A stretch of DNA of 63,135 nt, filler included, from Sphacelaria rigidula (Eukaryota): NCBI GenBank assembly GCA_964200075.2. It is 8 parts of 8 records of this genome, joined end to end, with 100 filler letters (N's around TTAATTAATTAA, not from the genome) between each part and the next. Parts side by side here need not be neighbours in the genome. Positions count along the whole stretch, not along the records: positions 55,333 to 63,135 come from CAXNAA020013406.1; 7 more parts are not named here. One strand, written 5' to 3'. The notes under the pieces are model-generated. The model was not told where the DNA came from. It saw only the letters and a list, made by a program, of their open reading frames with translations, and did no database searches. Numbering within the stretch: the first letter of the stretch is position 1; each line of letters starts with the position of its first letter. Shown here piece after piece: positions 57,471 through 63,135 of this stretch. Position numbers and translations under genes: made by a program.

Positions 57471-59141
57471 CTAGTAGTAGGAGAGAGGTCTGGAAATTTC
57501 AACGACTGAAACGCATGACTGACCTCGGACTGACGGATGTAACATGTCTACAACGCAACAGCTCCGACCCAACGCGACGAACCACACCACACGTGCAGCA
57601 CGCCTGATTTGACGTGGGGGCATTTTTGTGGACAGAACACACCACAAGCGCAGCACGCCTGCTTTTACGCGAACGAACAACCGGTGTTTACTCAGTGCCA
57701 TACTTGCCGGAGAAACCCGCTCATGTCGGGACGGTGGTGCTAGCTGAAAGGAATCGGTGGGCCTAACCATGAGCGGTAAGATAAAATGGTGAGGAATTAC
57801 TGGATTGATTGACGGCGTTTGTCATGACTTGGTCGGGCTCCCTCTGCTTGCAAACAGAGTTGTCATGGTTCGATTCTTACCACCTAGGTGGGAGTGGTGC
57901 CAGTTCAGTGGGCACCAGGCTAGCGGGCCCAAACACAATCATTAGTATCGAAGCCATTGAGCTCGATTTGCCAGGTGGGGAGTCAACCCACACACCAATG
58001 ACCAGGCGCCATGCCCATGGTTCACGCCGGAGACAAGACCCATATGTTGGGTGCAATGCGGGCTTACATTTGTGAAGACCAAAGACTCCTCTGAGATAGC
58101 AGTCCGTGATAGTGTTGATGTTTCTTGTATTATTGGCAACCGGCTGATAGCTGCTATTCGCGCGTTGAGATAAGTTCTCACAAGACTATGCCCGAGTAGG
58201 GGGCCACTGTCGATTTCAATCAGACTCAGAATGGCCCATGACCTGTCGGGCTAGACAACACAGGAGTATGAAACATTGAATCTACTCGACTGGACCATAA
58301 CCGATAAATCCGGAACATCCCCCCAGCCTTTTAATAAGGCTAAGCGAAAGAAATGTGGGAAACGAAGCCTGTGCATCAACACCTGAAGTGAGGAAACGAG
58401 AAAACCCTGCCACTGATGTTGCAGGGGAAAACTCGGTATCTAATAGATAGGTAAACCCCGTTAGACGGAAGAAACCCTATCCGTTGGGAAAGGAAAAAGA
58501 TACCTAGCGCCCTTCCCAATCGACAGAAACCGCAGACAAGTGCAATCGCTGTCGTTTTCCCGGGATCTCAGTTAGACTGGAGAACGATTAGCTAGTTAGC
58601 TTCATCGCGCGTCGACACCCTAGATGAGATACACTGAATTCCAGGGTAGTGCGGGGCTTTAACCACATCCAACTTAGGTTGGATTCGCTAAAAACAACCT
58701 TTCCACGAACTTATCAACAGTTACAGGAGTGCAGTTTTTCGGAAGTGCTTCCCTGTAACTACTGATGTTCATGCTACAAAGAATAGAGCCCATGCGCCTT
58801 GGCTCATAAATGTATTTGCATGTTACAAAATGGGAACCGGACAAGGCCAAGGAACGACAAAAAAAGACAAACAAAAACAGGCACACTCGCAATTCACACT
58901 GAGGGGTACGGTACCAACAATTCTTCTTGCTTATTTTACAACCGTATTCCTCTCGCAACTCTATCGTATACCACATCACACAACAGCCATTCGTACACGT
59001 CCATGGCTGCAGTCTATCTTGGCTCCTCCGTTCCAGCTTGGGGCGCTCAACTTTCAAGCAAGATGGTTGTTTCCAGTTTCCATCTTTGTATCGTACTCGC
59101 CGAAAGATATTCCCATAATCATACACATGGTGCTTCAGCTC

Positions 59142-59480
59142 GGCACTGCTGTAGCCTTTCCAGGAGGTAGCACCTATGGCAAAAGCTTCAAGGCATCACT
59201 ACGTGGGGAAGCGGGGTGCTTCGAGTGCGATGGCGGGGTTGCAGAAACTGTGGGGTGATACAGGTGCAAAAGGCTCATGACGCATGAGGCACTGTGGTCA
59301 AAGGAACGGTTTGGCACTACTGTAGCCTTTCCAGGAGGTAGCACCTATGGCAAAAGCTTCAAGGCATCACTACGTGGGGAAGCGGGGTGCTTCGAGTGCG
59401 ATGGCGGGGTCGAAGAAACTGTGGGGTGATACAGGTGCAAAAGGCTCATGACGCATGAGGAACTGTGATCAAAGGAAAGG
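59142..59480. repeat. Near-identical tandem duplication, period 171 bp
   Basis: GGCACTRCTGTAGCCTTTCCAGGAGGTAGCACC... occurs at 59142 and 59313. Confidence 0.95.
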
Positions 59481-59922
59481 TGTGGACGATTAAGACGAAA
59501 GAAATGTGCCAAAAGTGCGACGATGCTAGACAGGGAAATATCGAAAATTTTTGATATTTTGCAAGGAGTCGCACCAGGATGTACGTTATCACCCTCTCCA
59601 ACCGAGGTACTCTTTGATGACCTGATACAAGCATGAGACATGACAAAGCAAGGGGTGAAGTTGATGAAACAACTAGAAACAGTGCAGCTGGCCGCAGCCA
59701 AGATAATACTTTGATGCGGAAGCGGTGCAAACGGCAGCAAAGAAAAGACTACTTGGATGCAATAAAAATAGTGAAGAAGATGAAAACAGTTCAGAGTGCA
59801 ACAGCTCAGAAACTACTTGGATGAAGTGAAGTTGGTGAAGGAGTTGTGAATACTGTAGTGCAGATTGCAGCAGCTAGGGGAATTACTTGGATGCTCGAAA
59901 CAAATGAGTACGCCCCCCCCCC
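59431..59922 (+). mobile_element. Highly decayed LINE RT remnant ending in the oligo-C terminus
   Basis: Translated fragments are VQKAHD, FDILQGVAPGCTLSP...FDDL and QIAAARG/LGCSK, followed by AACAAATGAGTACG and C10. Confidence 0.6.
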
Positions 59923-61084
59923 ATTTTGAAGTATTTCCCTTTTCCCCACCCGTCAGTGCCTGAAACAACGTAGAGTTCTCGACAATCCAACGTGGTGACG
60001 GGTACAGGCAATGCAGTCCAACACGACACAAATTCAGGGGTCAGGTGGAATGTGGGTGTGGCGTTCCAGTTTGGTCCCCCTCAAGGTGTGACACAAACAT
60101 TTCGGGTATGAGGTGTTTCGGATGGGGTGGGCGGATATGGAAGGAACTTCTTGATATTGAGACAGCGGTGGTACGTGTGTAACGTTTACGGCAAGTCCAG
60201 AGCTACTGTTGGCTTTCCTACTTATTTAGAATATCGGTCAGCAGGGCGACTAGAATGCCACGCTCCTGGACAAACTGTCCAAGGTACCTGGTGGCTTTGA
60301 ACGAACGTAGTTTTTCGATTGTATGGACGTGACGTCTGAGCAATTGCGTTGCGTTTGGAGGGGGCTGGTTGTATGCCGGTATTATCGATTAACAGGCGAA
60401 GGAACCTGTGAGACCCTGCAGTATAGATATATTTGGCGAACTTGGCGAATTTTACATAAAATCGTGTAGTCGACAAACTTTGCCGGGGAAAGTTGGGTGA
60501 GCAACACCTCGGTCAAGAAGCTTGTGCTTTCTTTTTTTCCTGATCATGCGGCGTTCTCATGGTAGGAGGCCGCGTTGTTTTGTGGCAAAGGGTGTGCACG
60601 GTGTACAGCAACCATCAAGACAGTAAGAACTCGTACTTCGCCCCCCCCAAGGGGGTCCAGCGACCATATCAGCGAAATAAGTGTCTAAAAACTATATGTA
60701 GGGCCTGTAAGGACCGTCAAAAACGAGATATATAGCCGCGCAGTCAACTTGCATGGTAGGCTGGCCATGAAGGGCAAAAAGGCAAAATAGGGAAACTACG
60801 TACGTCTGCGTACTGAATATGTAATGACAAGGCAATCCACGGGAAGATGAGCGGCAGCATGATATCGAAAACCAAGTTTGAAGCAACTGAACAATGTATT
60901 ATCCAACTACGATACCGCGAAGGAACAAGGTAGTATCCAACAAAGGTTCAGGGTGCGTCAAGAAGTCAACCTGGTGAATAGCAAACCATACAATCGATCA
61001 CCAGTGTGGGATAAAATGGGGATTCTATTCAGTGGCACCAAGGTAATGACCCTTGTCACAAGGTCCGCGCCGCACGAGTCGGGA

Positions 61085-61237
61085 AGGGGTTCACACACAA
61101 TAGGTTGATGTCTACTTGACTCAAGGCTCTTGTTTATAGAATGCTTTCACGAAGTCTGCGGCACAACTCGTGAGGGGTTCACGCACAATAGGTTGATGTC
61201 TGCTTGACTCAAGGCTCTTGTTTATAGAATGCTTTTC
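61085..61237. repeat. Local ~65-bp direct duplication
   Basis: AGGGGTTCACRCACAATAGGTTGATGTCTRCTTGACTCAAGGCTCTTGTTTATAGAATGCTTT occurs at ~61086 and ~61173. Confidence 0.9.
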
Positions 61238-61489
61238 CTTCTTGCTCAATGCTCTTCCACGCTTGTGGCTCACCAATCGGACGATAGTCAGATGTTGATA
61301 GCTCCTGGTTGCTCAGAACAGTGCCGAGGTGTGTACGAGAGCTGTTACTCCTACCCTTTTTATAGGTGTACATACTATATCTGACCCTCCGATCAGACCC
61401 GTCAGCCAAGATTCGAGCATTCAAGACTCAATGCTGCTTGTCTTCATGACAGGTGTATGTTTGCTTCTGCTCCTTGATATTTTTATCTC

Positions 61490-61850
61490 TAAATAATATA
61501 TAATATAAGGATCATATATACTATGTAAGATATATATATATATATTAATATATAATTATCATATAATTTTTATATAACATAGTATATGCTGTCCCTTAAT
61601 AAATATTTATATATATATCCAATTATATTGAATAATATATGAATATATTGTATATAATATAATATAGTATATATTAAGGAGAAGAAGCATGTGTATAGTT
61701 TAAACCTATAATATAGACCTATATTATATGATATAGAATACATGAAATTTAATGCATGACATAGAATATATGAAATATATGACAAATAATATATTATGTA
61801 TAATACATGAAGTATAATATATTATAATATACATTATATATTATATATAA
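61490..61850. repeat. Extremely AT-rich low-complexity (degenerate TA/TAA) tract
   Basis: Read directly from the sequence; sharp contrast with the flanks. Confidence 0.9.
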
Positions 61851-62054
61851 GAGGATACCTACGGTCTACGGCAGCTGACCGCATCCGCCAACGCTTCGGC
61901 AAAAAACCAGGGGACACACAGCTGGGTGTCCCCCCGCCCCTCCTCCCCCTCAAAAACTCGAATTTTCGATCTTGGGGTCCACGTGTCCTGAACTACTTCT
62001 TTCGCTGCCCCCTGCTTAGACCGTGATGCGGGTAGTCCATCTGGATGACCCATA

Positions 62055-62114
62055 TTTCCAAGTGAAATTGATGCCGATTCGGCAGGTGACCTACCCTCGC
62101 GGTCAAAGGGTTAA
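62055..62114. mobile_element. piggyBac-like element right terminus
   Basis: ...GATGCCGATTCGGCAGGTGACCTACCCTCGCGGTCAAAGGG|TTAA is the near-exact reverse complement of 36071-36128. Confidence 0.6.
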
Positions 62115-63135
62115 CGAACAGAAGAGCATAATGCAGTCGCCATGATGTTGCTACTGCGGTAAACGTTAGGCTCTGTACGTGGGGTTCTCTTCGCCGCTGG
62201 GCACAACAAACAAAGCGCGCGGCAGCTCTTTTCCCTTCACAATTCGTCGGCGTGCACTAAACAAGGGGAAAAGTAAGCGAGTAACTTTGAGATTCGAAAC
62301 AATTAGTACAGATCGCTTCTTTTTTTTCGAGCTGGCGGATGGAAGACACTTAGACAAAGGGAAATCGGCCACGCGACGAGTAGTGCAGATGAGGCCCCTT
62401 CATCGAACGGGCCTTTATCGAAGGGGCCCCATAACGACCAGTCCTGAGTCCTATCGAGAAGCAGTTTTGTACAGATCGAACCCCAGGTCTGCACGAAGGT
62501 TAAAAAATGCGGGAGGTCTGGAACTGGCCGTTAGTCCAAGGCTTCTGTGACGCCACAGACAAGACGCAACAAGGCAATACAACACCTACACACCCAGCCC
62601 CGACAAAAACACGCACAGACGCTCTCGCATATTACTTCCACCACTAGCCCTCACTAATCTACACACGGCAGTCGTTGTTCGACGGAAACCCGTTCTGTAT
62701 TGGACGAATGGCGGTCGCGTGCGTGTCAAAAACAGCCGGAAACGTGCCGTTGCTCATCGTTTGTAAGCGTGCGCGTGGGTCTCGCACAAATCATTGTTTT
62801 TTCAATGAATTATGAACAGATTTGAGCACGGTCACGAACAACGTGCGCAGGTGATAGGCAGCTACGGCTCTTGCCCTGTTTCCTTGGTTTGCGGGGGCAC
62901 CAAGTTCCTCAGGTTCAGCTCTGACTGTGTTGGGTTGTGTGGTGAGCGTTTCCATGTGCCCCTGTCAACCGAAAATGTATGTATGTTCCCGTTCAAGGTG
63001 TCCGGAAAACCCCTATTCAAAAGGAGATTTCAGAAAGTGTTTTTGCACCTCCTGAAGTCCCCCTAAAACAGGGCATTTCTGGGCACGTCTGGGGGTTTTT
63101 TTTCTTTGCGGGGGGGGGCGTACTCATTTGTTGCT

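Noticed and set aside
59950-61450. Cys-rich KDZ-transposase-like and SDYRPI LINE-like fragments
   Set aside because: Only isolated short motifs amid many stops; insufficient without a profile search.

Overview
This is eukaryotic, repeat-rich DNA, most likely from a brown alga or related stramenopile. That assignment is an inference from roughly balanced GC, long TE-filled GT-AG introns and the TE spectrum. The window is not one locus. It is eight unrelated contigs of 7805, 7805, 7805, 7805, 7804, 7804, 7804 and 7803 bp joined by 100-bp N44-TTAATTAATTAA-N44 spacers, so nothing can be inferred from adjacency across a spacer. Three partial spliced genes can be rebuilt from splice sites and phase. 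The first is a fatty acyl-AMP ligase (FAAL)-like adenylation enzyme (3 exons, 31778-39306, minus), largely missed by the ORF track. The second is an ABCA transporter (8 exons, end of TMD1 plus NBD1, 39637-45289, minus). The third is a Q/S/G-rich disordered protein with two ~1.55-kb exons (26461-31196, minus). The rest is mostly decayed mobile DNA: three Ty3/gypsy elements, an RTE LINE, a second LINE family, a probable DIRS/Ngaro gag, a tRNA-derived SINE, and mariner-, hAT-, Harbinger- and piggyBac-type non-autonomous elements. The best leads are the eukaryotic FAAL-like gene, a non-LTR family whose copies end in oligo(C) rather than poly(A) together with its bipartite non-autonomous derivative, a pre-miRNA-like hairpin in an ABCA intron, and an exon resembling an N4/N6 DNA methyltransferase motif. 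No complete novel system can be demonstrated from the sequence alone.
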